Positions 48,612 through 58,724 are shown, numbered from the stretch's first letter. The stretch is 64,000 nucleotides of DNA from Verrucomicrobiota bacterium (GCA_023416735.1 JAEZGX010000009.1:40788-104787), one strand, 5' to 3'. A program made the numbers and translations. Notes: generated from the sequence alone by a model not told the origin.

Positions 48612-50396
48612 CTATCGACCGCCACTCCCCACTGGTTGATCATACCCGGCCGCAAGCGCGTCAGGCCGGCGCGGATCGGCTGCCCCTTGATGCAATCCCG
48701 ATTGCGGATTCACGGCGATGGTCGACGCCGCACCCTGATACGCGCCTTCGTAAGAGGCGCGCTGCGCCAATGTGTGCCCCTTGGCGCGCAAAAGGGCGGC
48801 TGTATCGGCCGACATCCCGTAGCGCTCGTAGGTCAGCACATCCGGCAGCCATTGGTGATGAATGCGAGGCTCGTCGACCGCCTGCATCACGGGCATTCCG
48901 TGATCGATCACGTTCGAGATCACCTGCAGCACGGTGTTGATGATCGTCGGACCACCCGGGCTGCCAGTCACGAGCACCAGGCGTCCTTCCTTGAATACCA
49001 TCGTCGGAGTCATCGACGACAATGGCCGCTTGCCGGGAGCAATCGCGTTCGCCGAGCCTTGCACCAAACCGTAGGCGTTCGGCTTGCCCGCAGCGGTGGT
49101 GAAATCGTCCATTTCGTTGTTCATCAGCACGCCGATGCCCGGAATCGTCACGCCGGAGCCGTAGGAGCCGTTGAGGGTGTAAGTATTCGAAACGGCATTA
49201 CCGGCGGCGTCGGCCACGCTGAAGTGCGTCGTCTGCGGCGCCTCCGGCGGAGGCGCCGTGGCGGCTCGCCCAAGGCCCGGCGCAAGATTGCGGCTCGACG
49301 TGGCGCGCTGCGGATCGAAGTCCGTCATGCGCCTCCTAGCATAGTTGCGGTCAAGCAACTGTTCAACGGGAACGGAAACGAAATCCGGATCCCCGAGATA
49401 TTCCGCGCGATCGCGGAACGCGCGTCGCATTGCCTCTGTGAACAGATGATACTTTGCCGCGGACCGATGCCCGAGCGCCGCGACATCGTGCGGCTCGACC
49501 ATCGCAAACATCTGCAGCAGCGCGATGCCCCCGGAACTCGGCGGCGGCATCGTCACGATGTCGTAACCGCGATACGTTCCGCGCAGCGGCTGACGCACGA
49601 CGACGCGGTAGTTGGCCAGATCCGCGCGCGTCAACAACCCGCCGTTGGCCGTCATCGCGTCGGCCAGCCGCGCCGCCGTTTCTCCTTCGTAAAACTCGCG
49701 CGGTCCCGCCCTCTGCAAACGCGCCAACGTTGCCGCCAATTCCGGCTGACGCAGGATTTCGCCGGCCCGGAAGAACTCGCCGTTCTTTAGAAAGATTCGT
49801 CGCGATTCGGAATCCTGCTCAAGCAGCGGAGCGGCTCCCCGCAAACTCGCCGCCGCGCCCTGACTGATCGCAAAACCCTCATCCGCCAAACGGCGCGCCG
49901 GCTCGACCAGCTCGGCCCATGTAAGCTGGCCCGAGCCGTAATGCTCCCAGGCATACGCAAGCCCTGCGACGGTGCCGGGCACTCCGCTGGCGCGCCACCC
50001 CACCGTCGAAGATCCGCTGCCCTTCAACGGCGCGCCCTCCGCATCCAGATACATCGACTCGGTCGCTGCCGCCGGCGCGGTTTCGCGATAATCGATCGCG
50101 AGGTCGCGGCCGTCCGCGAGGTGAACCAACATGAAGCCGCCTCCGCCGAGATTGCCCGCGACCGGATACGTGACCGCCAGCGCGATTCCGGTCGCCACCG
50201 CTGCATCGATCGCGTTACCGCCGCGCTGCAAGATTTCCGCGCCCGCCTGGCTGGCGAGAGATTGAGAGGAAACGACCATGCCGTGCGTCGCCTCCACCGC
50301 GAGTCGTTGTCCGTAAACGGAGGAAAGGCACGCCAAGACGAGCGCGAAGAGGCCGGGCGAACGACGAAAAAATCGAGACGCAGTCGCGGGTTTCAT
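48612..50396 (-). CDS. ggt: gamma-glutamyltransferase
   Basis: A signal peptide begins at the ATG at 50396. The autoprocessing/nucleophile context is PQTTHFSVADAAGNAVS, with GGP and MNNEMDDF motifs. Confidence 0.9.
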   Translation of the reverse strand: MKPATASRFFRRSPGLFALVLACLSSVYGQRLAVEATHGMVVSSQSLASQAGAEILQRGGNAIDAAVATGIALAVTYPVAGNLGGGGFMLVHLADGRDLAIDYRETAPAAATESMYLDAEGAPLKGSGSSTVGWRASGVPGTVAGLAYAWEHYGSGQLTWAELVEPARRLADEGFAISQGAAASLRGAAPLLEQDSESRRIFLKNGEFFRAGEILRQPELAATLARLQRAGPREFYEGETAARLADAMTANGGLLTRADLANYRVVVRQPLRGTYRGYDIVTMPPPSSGGIALLQMFAMVEPHDVAALGHRSAAKYHLFTEAMRRAFRDRAEYLGDPDFVSVPVEQLLDRNYARRRMTDFDPQRATSSRNLAPGLGRAATAPPPEAPQTTHFSVADAAGNAVSNTYTLNGSYGSGVTIPGIGVLMNNEMDDFTTAAGKPNAYGLVQGSANAIAPGKRPLSSMTPTMVFKEGRLVLVTGSPGGPTIINTVLQVISNVIDHGMPVMQAVDEPRIHHQWLPDVLTYERYGMSADTAALLRAKGHTLAQRASYEGAYQGAASTIAVNPQSGLHQGAADPRRPDALAAGYDQPVGSGGR

Positions 50397-50403
50397 CGTT
50401 CGT

Positions 50404-51555
50404 TTAAGCACGTTTGGTTTTCTCCACGGACGTTTCATCCAGCAATCGTCGAAACGCGACCACGCCGGCCTCGAGTTCGCCCTCCTCGATGAACTCGTCC
50501 CGCGTATGCGCTTGTTCGATACGGCCCGGCCCGAACGCCACCGATGGAATCCGGGTGGAGAAGACATTGCCGTCGCAAAACCAATCGGCGGTCGCCCAGC
50601 CGCGTCCGACCCGGCGGAGATGTCGCGCCCACGGCAGCCCGCGGTCGGTCACGAACGACGGCCCCTGGCGATGCAGCGTGATGCGCGCTTTCGGCGCGTG
50701 AGCCGCCACGGCCGCCCGAACGAGCTGCATCGCGTCGTCGTATCCACAGTCCGGATGCAACCGCAGATCGAGTCCCAGCCGGCAATTTGCCGGCACGACG
50801 TTGAGTCCGGAGCCAGCCGACACGATGCCGAGATTCAGGGAGGCGCGGCCCAGCACGGGATGAACGCGCGCCGCCAGAGCGGGCGCGACCTCGTCGCGCA
50901 GCGCCGCGATCAACGGCAACGCCGCAAACATTGCGTTCTTTCCGCGCTGCGGCGTCGCCCCGTGCGCCGCGCGGCCGGGCACGTCGATCCACACGCGCAA
51001 CAGGCCTTTCGCCGCCGACACGACGCGGAGCTGCGTTGGCTCGAGCGCCACAGCGAAATCGGCCGAAAAACCCGACGCCATCAGCGCTTCGGCGCCGAGG
51101 CTCCCCTGCTCTTCGCCGGCCGTCGCAGCGACGATCCACCGAACGCTCGATTCGCTCCGCCGCCGCGATCGCGCCCAGTTCCCCACCGCCGCCAGCAGCG
51201 CCGCCATCGGCCCCTTGGTGTCACAAGCGCCACGACCATGCAGCTGCGACCCCTGACGGGTAAGCCGGAACGGGGGAACCGTCATCCCATCGACACCCAC
51301 CGTGTCGAGGTGCGGAACCAGCGCCACCGTCGACTCCGCTCGTCGTGACGTTTCGAATACGCCCACCACCGAAGTTCTTCCCGGTGCCAACGTCTGCAAT
51401 CGAACGTCCGCACCAAACTTCCGCAGCAGCGTGGCCACGTGCTGGGCCATGGCCGCTTCGCCTGGAGGCGTTCCGCCCGCATCCGCTTCCGGATGAACGC
51501 TGGGAATCGAAACAAGATCCGAGAGGATCTTCTGCACGGAAGAGGAGCGTCGCAT
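50404..51555 (-). CDS. M20-family deacylase (ArgE/DapE/ACY1-like)
   Basis: It has LVSIPSV, HLDTV, GRGACDTKG and AGEEQGS motifs. The ATG at 51555 overlaps the upstream stop (TGATG). Confidence 0.8.
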   Translation of the reverse strand: MRRSSSVQKILSDLVSIPSVHPEADAGGTPPGEAAMAQHVATLLRKFGADVRLQTLAPGRTSVVGVFETSRRAESTVALVPHLDTVGVDGMTVPPFRLTRQGSQLHGRGACDTKGPMAALLAAVGNWARSRRRSESSVRWIVAATAGEEQGSLGAEALMASGFSADFAVALEPTQLRVVSAAKGLLRVWIDVPGRAAHGATPQRGKNAMFAALPLIAALRDEVAPALAARVHPVLGRASLNLGIVSAGSGLNVVPANCRLGLDLRLHPDCGYDDAMQLVRAAVAAHAPKARITLHRQGPSFVTDRGLPWARHLRRVGRGWATADWFCDGNVFSTRIPSVAFGPGRIEQAHTRDEFIEEGELEAGVVAFRRLLDETSVEKTKRA

Positions 51556-52325
51556 CACCGAAGGTTGGGTTGAGACTGTGAAGAAACCGGCACGCTGCCT
51601 TCGTTCGTGTCGACGCGCGTCAACGCCATGACCAGCACGTCGGACCACCAGACTCGCGAGCGCCACGTGCGCAGCGCAAAATGCCCGCCGGGCAACGGAT
51701 CGGGATCGCGAAAGTCATGCACCCGTTTCCCATCGATCCAGCAACGCAGGCGTCCGCCCGCGATCAGCACGCGAAACCGATACGATTGCCCCACCTCCGA
51801 TCGCCACGTCCGATCTTCGCTGACGAGATGGAAACCCGGATTGCGCCGTGCTCTCGCCCACCCTTCCTGAAATCCGCCGGTGAGCGTGAAGATGTAGTTC
51901 GGGATTTTGTGATATTCTCCATACGAGCCCGACCGGCCGAATCGGTAGGCGCGGCCATCCAGCTCACGCGCATGCACGAAGAGATTGAGATTGGCCGCAT
52001 TCGTCTCGTCGGCCGGCAAGGTCGAACCGGCCGTGAACTCGATCAGCACATTCGCCGGCAAAGGCTCCCGCCACCAAAGGGTCGCCGCATCCGCCGCAGA
52101 TGGCTCTCGTGGCGTCACCACGTTGATGCGGCCCTCCCGCGCCACCGCCTCCGGATCGCCTTCGACCACCCAGCGCTCCCGCCACGTCTCATCCGCGAAG
52201 GTTTCGTGAATCAATTCGACCGCCTGCCAAGTCTCGCCATCGACCTCCACGGACGACGGTGCCGCCACCAGCACGCTGCCAAGTGCGGCCCACAAGAAGG
52301 AGTTCAGGAAGATTTGGCGGTTCAC
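51555..52325 (-). CDS. secreted concanavalin-like (DUF1961-like) protein, tentative
   Basis: A GTG at 52325 gives a signal-peptide-like N-terminus (NRQIFLNSFLWAALGSVLVAAPS). The upstream 46 codons of the track ORF lie in AT-rich, non-coding-looking sequence. The body is beta-rich with Trp/Arg motifs resembling DUF1961 and LamG folds. Confidence 0.45.
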   Translation of the reverse strand: MNRQIFLNSFLWAALGSVLVAAPSSVEVDGETWQAVELIHETFADETWRERWVVEGDPEAVAREGRINVVTPREPSAADAATLWWREPLPANVLIEFTAGSTLPADETNAANLNLFVHARELDGRAYRFGRSGSYGEYHKIPNYIFTLTGGFQEGWARARRNPGFHLVSEDRTWRSEVGQSYRFRVLIAGGRLRCWIDGKRVHDFRDPDPLPGGHFALRTWRSRVWWSDVLVMALTRVDTNEGSVPVSSQSQPNLR

Positions 52326-52732
52326 GGATCGATGCGCACGAAGAGGGTCAAAACCGGCGGACAGCGTCGCGGTCGGGGCAGTTTCACACTCGTATTTGAT
52401 TTTTTCCTCATCTGCCAACGCAACCATAAATTCCGAAGCCGCAACGCTGAATTGCATCGCCACCCGCTCCGACCAAGCCGCGTCGCCACTCCCATCCGCA
52501 TCATCTTCGCCACAATTTTCTCCAATCTATTCTAATGCGCTTGTGAATTGGCGAGGTTTCCGCGTTGCTGGGGCGCGTGACCGCCCTCGCCCCGCACTTT
52601 CTTTGCCCGCCCGCGAGCCTGACGTCGATGGTCGATTTCGCGCGCGGGATTCGAACCGGTTGGAACATCCCCGCCCGCGTGGTATCGCTGAACGCCTGAC
52701 GATCTCAGAAGCCGGAACGATCTCGAAGAACG

Positions 52733-53782
52733 ATGGTTTCCACGATCGCCAACACCGCGCATCAAGCCACGGCCACTCCTCGTCTCGTCATCGCACTGAC
52801 CGAGGAGGAACGAACGCTTTTCTTCGGCTCCACGACGGCAGCCTTCTCGCAACTTCCAGCCGAGGTCGTGTGGCTCCACGAATCGGACCTTACGGAATCC
52901 GGGTGGCGCGAACGACTGCAAGCGCTCGCCCCGTCCGCTTTGGTCACGGCCTGGCAAACTCCGCCGCTTCCGAGTGACTGGCTGCAATCGCCGGATTGTC
53001 CGCTGCGCTACGTCTGCCACGTCACCGGCTCCGTGCGGCGGCTCGTCCCCCGCGCGTTTCTGGAACGCGGCGGTTGGGTGAGCAACTGGGGCACGCTCGC
53101 CGCGGCCACCGTGGCGGAACACGCGCTTCTGCTCGGCCTCGCTTCGCTGCGCAATCTGGTCGCTTGGCGCGCTTTCATGCAGCAGCGGCCAAAAACGCGG
53201 CCCGCTGCCCAGCTGGGCACCCGTTCGCTCTTCGGGCGGCGCGTCGGCTTGCACGGCTTCGGCACAATCGCACGGGAGCTCATCACCTTGCTGCGGCCGT
53301 TTCGCGTGTCGCTCGCCGCCTACTCGGCCGGCGTGCCGCCGGCGGTCATGCAGGATCTCGGTGTCGAACCCTGCGCGTCGCTCGAGACCTTGTTCGCGCG
53401 CAGCGACATCGTCTTCGGCTGCGAAGCGCTGATGCCTTCCACGATCGGCAGCGTCACCGCGTCCGCTCTCGCCGCGCTGCCGGACGGCGCCGTGTTCGTC
53501 AATGTCGGTCGCGGCCGCATCGCCGATGAAGACGCCCTGCTCCGCGAGGCGAAAAGCGGTCGCATCCGCGTAGCCGTCGACGTGGTTTCGCATGAGCCGA
53601 TCGATCCATCATCGCCGTGGCTCGACACGCCGGACGCCCTGGTCTCGCCGCACATCGGCGGTCCGACGCTGGACATGTATCCAGAGTTTGGACGCCATGC
53701 CCTCGGCAACCTTAAACGCTACTTCGCCGGACAGACGCTCGCTGCCGTCGTCACGTGCGAATCCTACGATCGTTCCACCTAG
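52733..53782 (+). CDS. D-isomer-specific 2-hydroxyacid dehydrogenase family protein
   Basis: It has the NAD-binding GLHGFGTIARE, the VGRGRIADEDAL region and the catalytic ..DVVSHEP...SPHIGG motifs. Confidence 0.85.
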   Translation: MVSTIANTAHQATATPRLVIALTEEERTLFFGSTTAAFSQLPAEVVWLHESDLTESGWRERLQALAPSALVTAWQTPPLPSDWLQSPDCPLRYVCHVTGSVRRLVPRAFLERGGWVSNWGTLAAATVAEHALLLGLASLRNLVAWRAFMQQRPKTRPAAQLGTRSLFGRRVGLHGFGTIARELITLLRPFRVSLAAYSAGVPPAVMQDLGVEPCASLETLFARSDIVFGCEALMPSTIGSVTASALAALPDGAVFVNVGRGRIADEDALLREAKSGRIRVAVDVVSHEPIDPSSPWLDTPDALVSPHIGGPTLDMYPEFGRHALGNLKRYFAGQTLAAVVTCESYDRST

Positions 53783-53848
53783 ACACCCATCCCGCTCCAT
53801 CTTGGCGCAAGTTCTGCGCCGGTAATATCTCTCTCCGCTCCTTCCCTC

Positions 53849-55597
53849 ATGCTCCACTTTTTCGACTACCTCGTCATCGCCGTCTTCTTTGTCTCCCTGC
53901 TCGGGATCGGATGGTTCTTCCGCCGCTTCGGCGGCGACAGCAACCAGTATTTCCGTGGCGGCGGGCGCATGTCGTGGTGGCTGGTCGGCACGTCGGCCTT
54001 CATGGGCGCGTTCAGCGCCTGGACGTTCACCGGCGCCGCCGGACTGGCCTTCGATCAGGGGCTGGTGGTGCTCGTGCTTTATTGGGCGGGGGCGTTCGGA
54101 TTTTTCTGCAACTGGGCAGGCTTCGCCGCGTGGCTCCGTCAGACGCGCGTGATTACCTCGATGGAAGCGGTGCGTGCGCGCATGGGTCCCGTCAACGAGC
54201 AGGTCTTCACCTGGCTCACCCTGCCCATCGGCATCATCGTCGCCGGCATCTGGCTCTACGGCCTCGCGATTTTCTGCTCTCCGGTTTTCGGCTTCGACCT
54301 CCAGGCGACGATTCTGCTTTGCGGCGTCGCGGTGGTGTTCGTCGCCGCCGCCGGCGGGCAGTGGGCGGTTGTCGCGGGAGATTTCGTTCAGGCGCTAATG
54401 CTCCTGCCGATCACGATCGTCGCGGCGGTGTGGGCGTGGGTGAAGATCGGCGGCTGGTCCGGTTTTCAAGCCGGTCTGCCGGAGACGCATTGGAGCCTCA
54501 TTTCCTCGGACGCGTTGGGTTTCGGGAAATGGTGGGTGGTGGCCATCCTCATCGAAAAATTTTTCGTCCAAAACGCGCTCCACGGCGCCGGCCGGTATTT
54601 GAATGTCCGCGATGGCCGCGAGGCGAAGCGAGCGGCGTTCCTGGCGATGACCCTCTACCTCACGGGTTCCGTCCTATGGTTTATCCCGCCCTTGGTCGCG
54701 CGGGCCTCGAACATGGACCTCGCGGGACAATTCCCCGGCCTTACCCAGCCGAGCGAAGCGGCTTACGTCGCGATGGCGGCGCAATGCCTGCCCGCAGGAC
54801 TGCTCGGGCTCATGCTCACGGGCATCATTTCGGCAACGCTCTCGTCGATGGATCACGGGCTCAATCGCAACGCCGGCGTTTTCGTGCGCAGTGTGTATCT
54901 GCCCTTGCTCCGCCCTAAAGCCAAAGAGCGCGAGCAGGTGCTCGCCGGCCGCATCTCAACCCTCGGTTTCGGCGGAATCGTCATTCTGACGGCGTTGCTC
55001 TACAGCACGTGGAAAGACCTCGGGGTGTTCAGCCTGATGTTCGGTTTCTCCGCACTGCTCGGCATCCCCTACGCCGTTCCCATGGTCTTGTGCCTTTTCG
55101 TGCGTCGCGTGCCGGACTGGGCCGGCTGGTCGACCGTGCTCGTCGGCATCACGGTCGGATCGATCGTCGGCAGCGCCCACAACCTTTTCGCCCCTTGGGT
55201 CGAGGAAGGTTCCCGTCTGGCATCGCTGCTCGCGTGGACCGGCAGTCACCACTTCGCGGCAGTCACGATTGCAGGCTCAGTGGTGAGCTCGCTGTGGTTC
55301 TTCGGTGCCGCTGTGCTGTTCGGCCGCCGAATCCCGGAGAAGCGGATGGCTGAAATCAATCGCTTCTTCGAAACGATGCACAAACCCGTCGAGCCCGCCG
55401 AGGAGTCCGTCGAACAGACCAACAACCGCGGCACAGTCGGGATCGGCCGGATGTGCCTCGCTTACGCCGCCTTCATTTTCCTGCTGGTGCTCGTGCCCAA
55501 TCCAATCGAAGGCCGCCTCGCCATCCTGTTCTGCGCCGCGTTCATGGCGGCGATGGGCTACGGACTAATCCGCGCCGCCCGCGTGAGCAAAGCGTAG
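53849..55597 (+). CDS. sodium:solute symporter (SSS) family transporter
   Basis: 582 aa with about 13-14 hydrophobic helices and SSS-like N-terminal motifs (YFRGGGRMSWW). Confidence 0.85.
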   Translation: MLHFFDYLVIAVFFVSLLGIGWFFRRFGGDSNQYFRGGGRMSWWLVGTSAFMGAFSAWTFTGAAGLAFDQGLVVLVLYWAGAFGFFCNWAGFAAWLRQTRVITSMEAVRARMGPVNEQVFTWLTLPIGIIVAGIWLYGLAIFCSPVFGFDLQATILLCGVAVVFVAAAGGQWAVVAGDFVQALMLLPITIVAAVWAWVKIGGWSGFQAGLPETHWSLISSDALGFGKWWVVAILIEKFFVQNALHGAGRYLNVRDGREAKRAAFLAMTLYLTGSVLWFIPPLVARASNMDLAGQFPGLTQPSEAAYVAMAAQCLPAGLLGLMLTGIISATLSSMDHGLNRNAGVFVRSVYLPLLRPKAKEREQVLAGRISTLGFGGIVILTALLYSTWKDLGVFSLMFGFSALLGIPYAVPMVLCLFVRRVPDWAGWSTVLVGITVGSIVGSAHNLFAPWVEEGSRLASLLAWTGSHHFAAVTIAGSVVSSLWFFGAAVLFGRRIPEKRMAEINRFFETMHKPVEPAEESVEQTNNRGTVGIGRMCLAYAAFIFLLVLVPNPIEGRLAILFCAAFMAAMGYGLIRAARVSKA

Positions 55598-55661
55598 GTC
55601 AGCCCGACACGCGACCGGCAGAGCCGCGTTCTCCCGTTCGCTCCTGCACGCCCGCAGTTTG

Positions 55662-55677
55662 TCACATTCGCATGTGA
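55662..55677. promoter_or_regulatory. candidate operator palindrome TCACAT-TCGC-ATGTGA
   Basis: A perfect 6+6 inverted repeat with a 4-nt spacer sits in the 416-nt intergenic region. A near-identical copy lies at 55810-55825. Confidence 0.3.
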
Positions 55678-55809
55678 TTCCGTGCGAATGCGACGCCCCT
55701 GCGGTCGCAGATCCATCTCGCCCGAAGGCCCACATCCGGCCTAGCTGACAACGGTCCGCGGCAGCACTACCGCGCGATCCGAAGCCTATCATGCGGCATT
55801 CACTTGCGT

Positions 55810-55825
55810 TCACATACGCATGTGA
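55810..55825. promoter_or_regulatory. candidate operator palindrome TCACAT-ACGC-ATGTGA
   Basis: This second copy matches the first at 15 of 16 positions, sits 148 nt downstream of it and is about 190 nt upstream of the ATG at 56014. Confidence 0.3.
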
Positions 55826-56013
55826 TTTATGTTAAATTCACTCTCCCGTGAACTGCGCTCAGCGGCTCTCGTCGTTTCGGCGCCTTCGCCCCCTTTCGAC
55901 GCTGCCGCTGCCCCCGATCTTTCGGACTGAACCCGAATCCACCCACGGCGTTTGGCGCGCCTTCGAGCGACGCCAAGGTCCGGGCCGAAGGATCACCTCT
56001 CAAAAAAAACAAC

Positions 56014-58668
56014 ATGAAGACCCCTGGATTGAAATGTCTGCGCGCGCTCCTGCTCGGAGTGGCTGCGTTCTTCGGCCCGCTGGCGGCGAACGCCGTTCCC
56101 GTATTCCCCGGTGCCATCGGCTTCGGCACCGACACCCCCGCCGGCCGCGGTGGCATTGTCTACCGCGTCACCAACCTCAATGACAGTGGCCCCGGCTCCC
56201 TGCGCTACGGCATCGAACATTCCAGCATGCGGCAGCCGCGCGTAATCATCTTCAATGTTTCCGGCGTCATTGAGCTGCAGTCCGATCTGGTGATCCGCGA
56301 CGATTCCGTTGGCGCTTATTCGCATCTCACCATCGCCGGCCAAACCGCCCCCTACCCTGGCATCACGCTGAAGAACTACGGCATCAGCATCCGCTCCCAC
56401 GACATCCTCATCCAGCACCTCGCGATCCGTCCGGGAAATCACGTCTTCTCCGGCACCCAGCTCGACAATCGCGACGCCATCAAGATCGAGACGCCTGCGG
56501 GCGTGACGGTCTACAACGTCGTGCTCGATCACCTCTCGTGCAGCTGGAGCGTCGACGAACTTGTCTCGCTGTGGGGCCAGAACGGACAGATCAACAACGT
56601 CACGCTCCTGAATTGTATCTTCGCCGATCCCATCATGAACGGCGAACCCGACAGCAGCGGCCATTCGCGTCTGCGGACCCACTCGGAGGGAACGCACGGC
56701 TTCGGTCCGCTGGTTGGCCCCAACACGTCTAACGTTTCCATCATGCGAAACATCATGGCGTTCATTTACGGCCGGAATCCGGCGGTTTCCAGCACCTCCG
56801 CAGGCGCCCAGATCGTGAACAACCTCATCTATCGCCCCGGCCCGTGGTCCAACAATGTCATCCGCTTCAACACCATGTCCACGTCGCCCCGCACGGCATC
56901 CGTCATCGGCAACGCCATCTTCCGACATCCCCTGCCGTTCACGATGGACATCACCGCCATGCCGGCCCCGCCCGCCGCCCAGCAGCTGATCACCACCGCG
57001 ACGAATCACACGCAATTCTACAGCACCGGCATCTACATCTTCGATGACGTGTCGAGCAGCGCGAGTTTCTACCTCAACGACAATCGCCTCTTCAACCCGC
57101 AGACCAGCACCTGGCTGCTCAACGACGCGATCCTGCGCGATCGTTCCACCACGCCCGTGACCCGCCGCACCTCGGATTACTACGACGACTCCGGCGGCAC
57201 CACCTGGACTCCGTGGGCCTCCACCGACGTTACCGCCAACCTGCTCGCTCGCGCCGGAAAATTTCCAGCCAACCGCGACGCCATCGACGCCGCTCTCATC
57301 CAAAAGATCGAAAACCGCAACCAGCCCCAGCCTGCCGGCGGCACGTTTCTCGAACGTCTCTCGGACCTCGGCACCGATCCCTGGGCGCCCGTCGACGTGC
57401 AGAACACGCGCGTCCTCGACCTGCCCGACTCGCCCAACACCGTGAACCTCGACGGCTACACCAATCTCGAGCGCTGGCTGCACAGCCTCGCTGCGGATGT
57501 CGAAGGCACCGGCGGCGGAAGCGGACCGGCCAATCTCGGTATTTCAACTTTCGATACATTCAGCGACGGCAACGACAACGGCTGGACCTGGCACGGCGCC
57601 GTCAATTGGACCGTGACCTCCGGCGCCTACCGGCAAAGCGACCTGTCGGGCGGCGCCCGCGCGATGCTCGAAGGCACGAACTGGGAAGACCAAGTCGTCG
57701 AGGCGCGCGTGACGCCCGTCAGCTTCGACGGCACCAGCCGGTTCGCGGCCGTTTACGCACGATATAGCGACATCAACAACAGCTACTACGTCGCCCTCCG
57801 CAACGGCGTCGGCACGGGCAACCTCGGTCAAGTGGAACTCAAGAAAGTGGTCGCCGGGACCGCGTCCAATTTAGCCTCGGCCCAGAACTTCCCCATCACC
57901 GTCGGCACACCCTACAAGGTTCGCTTGGTCGTCTCCGGCACTTCGGTCTCCGCCGTTGTGACCAATCTCTCGAACAACACCACGGCCACCTTCAGCCCCG
58001 TCACCGACACGTCGCTCGCCTCCGGCCGCGCGGCGATCGGCACTTATCGCGCGTCGGCCGATTTCGACAACGTCTTCGCCAGTCCCATCACGAGTTCGGT
58101 TCCGCACGTGATGGACGATTTCGACGACGGCAATGCGAACGGTTGGGACACAACCTGGACCGGCATGGGCGGCAGCTGGAGCGTGGTGACCGATGGCTCT
58201 CCCGGCCTCCGGCAGGCGAGCTCCGCAGCCAGCGTCGGTGCCCGAGCGATCGCTCCGGACACCACCAACCTGCCGAACGCAAACCAATCGATCCAAGCCG
58301 ACGTGAAGCCGCTGACGTTCACCGGTAACAGCTGGGTCGGAGTTTTCGCCCGCTTCGCCTCGCCGACGGAAACCTACTATCTCCTCCTGCGACACAACCG
58401 TGACCTCGAACTCAAGAAGCTCACCTCCAGCGGACAGGTCAGTTTTGCGGTCAAATCCATGCCGCCGAGCTTCGATCTCAATGCCTGGCATACCCTGCGG
58501 CTCGTCGCGACGGGCACCTCAACGGTTACCCTGCAAGCCTACGTCGACGGCGTCCTCGAACTCACCGCCACGGACTCCTCCTCACCCATCGTGAACGCCA
58601 ACAAAGCCGGCGTCGGCACCTTCTCCGCCAGCGCTCAGTTCGACGACATTGTGATCACCTCGCCGTAA
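56014..58668 (+). CDS. secreted pectate-lyase-like beta-helix protein with two C-terminal concanavalin/LamG-like modules (paralog A)
   Basis: It has a signal peptide. The N-terminal region FPGAIGFGTDTPAGRGGIVYRVTNLNDSGPGSLRYGI resembles PL1-type pectate lyases. A junction motif NLDGYTNLERWLH follows, then two roughly 190-aa modules starting FDTFSDGNDNGW and DDFDDGNANGW. Confidence 0.75.
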   Translation: MKTPGLKCLRALLLGVAAFFGPLAANAVPVFPGAIGFGTDTPAGRGGIVYRVTNLNDSGPGSLRYGIEHSSMRQPRVIIFNVSGVIELQSDLVIRDDSVGAYSHLTIAGQTAPYPGITLKNYGISIRSHDILIQHLAIRPGNHVFSGTQLDNRDAIKIETPAGVTVYNVVLDHLSCSWSVDELVSLWGQNGQINNVTLLNCIFADPIMNGEPDSSGHSRLRTHSEGTHGFGPLVGPNTSNVSIMRNIMAFIYGRNPAVSSTSAGAQIVNNLIYRPGPWSNNVIRFNTMSTSPRTASVIGNAIFRHPLPFTMDITAMPAPPAAQQLITTATNHTQFYSTGIYIFDDVSSSASFYLNDNRLFNPQTSTWLLNDAILRDRSTTPVTRRTSDYYDDSGGTTWTPWASTDVTANLLARAGKFPANRDAIDAALIQKIENRNQPQPAGGTFLERLSDLGTDPWAPVDVQNTRVLDLPDSPNTVNLDGYTNLERWLHSLAADVEGTGGGSGPANLGISTFDTFSDGNDNGWTWHGAVNWTVTSGAYRQSDLSGGARAMLEGTNWEDQVVEARVTPVSFDGTSRFAAVYARYSDINNSYYVALRNGVGTGNLGQVELKKVVAGTASNLASAQNFPITVGTPYKVRLVVSGTSVSAVVTNLSNNTTATFSPVTDTSLASGRAAIGTYRASADFDNVFASPITSSVPHVMDDFDDGNANGWDTTWTGMGGSWSVVTDGSPGLRQASSAASVGARAIAPDTTNLPNANQSIQADVKPLTFTGNSWVGVFARFASPTETYYLLLRHNRDLELKKLTSSGQVSFAVKSMPPSFDLNAWHTLRLVATGTSTVTLQAYVDGVLELTATDSSSPIVNANKAGVGTFSASAQFDDIVITSP

Positions 58669-58692
58669 ATCGCGGCGAACACTTCCCGCTCA

Positions 58693-58724
58693 CGGCGCGC
58701 CCGAAAAATCGGGCGCGCCTTTTT
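58693..58724 (+). terminator. rho-independent terminator after paralog A
   Basis: Hairpin GGCGCGCCCG-AAAAAT-CGGGCGCGCC is followed by TTTTTT. Confidence 0.8.

Noticed and set aside
50397-50567. Upstream extensions of ggt (to 50567), of the M14-like gene (to 43441) and of the M20 gene (to 51666)
   Set aside because: Each extension overlaps the preceding gene. An internal ATG gives a proper signal peptide or family N-terminus and removes the overlap.
52646-52657. tRNA T-loop-like 12-mer GGGATTCGAACC (GGTTCGAATCCC on the minus strand) in the 407-nt divergent intergenic region
   Set aside because: I could not fold flanking T-stem, acceptor or anticodon arms. The sequence does not match the 3' end of the tRNA-Lys in this window, and no integrase or direct repeat is nearby. 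It is treated as chance or, at most, a very old remnant.
55993-57483. 496-aa minus-strand ORF
   Set aside because: It is antisense to paralog A, whose frame is validated by homology to paralogs B and C.
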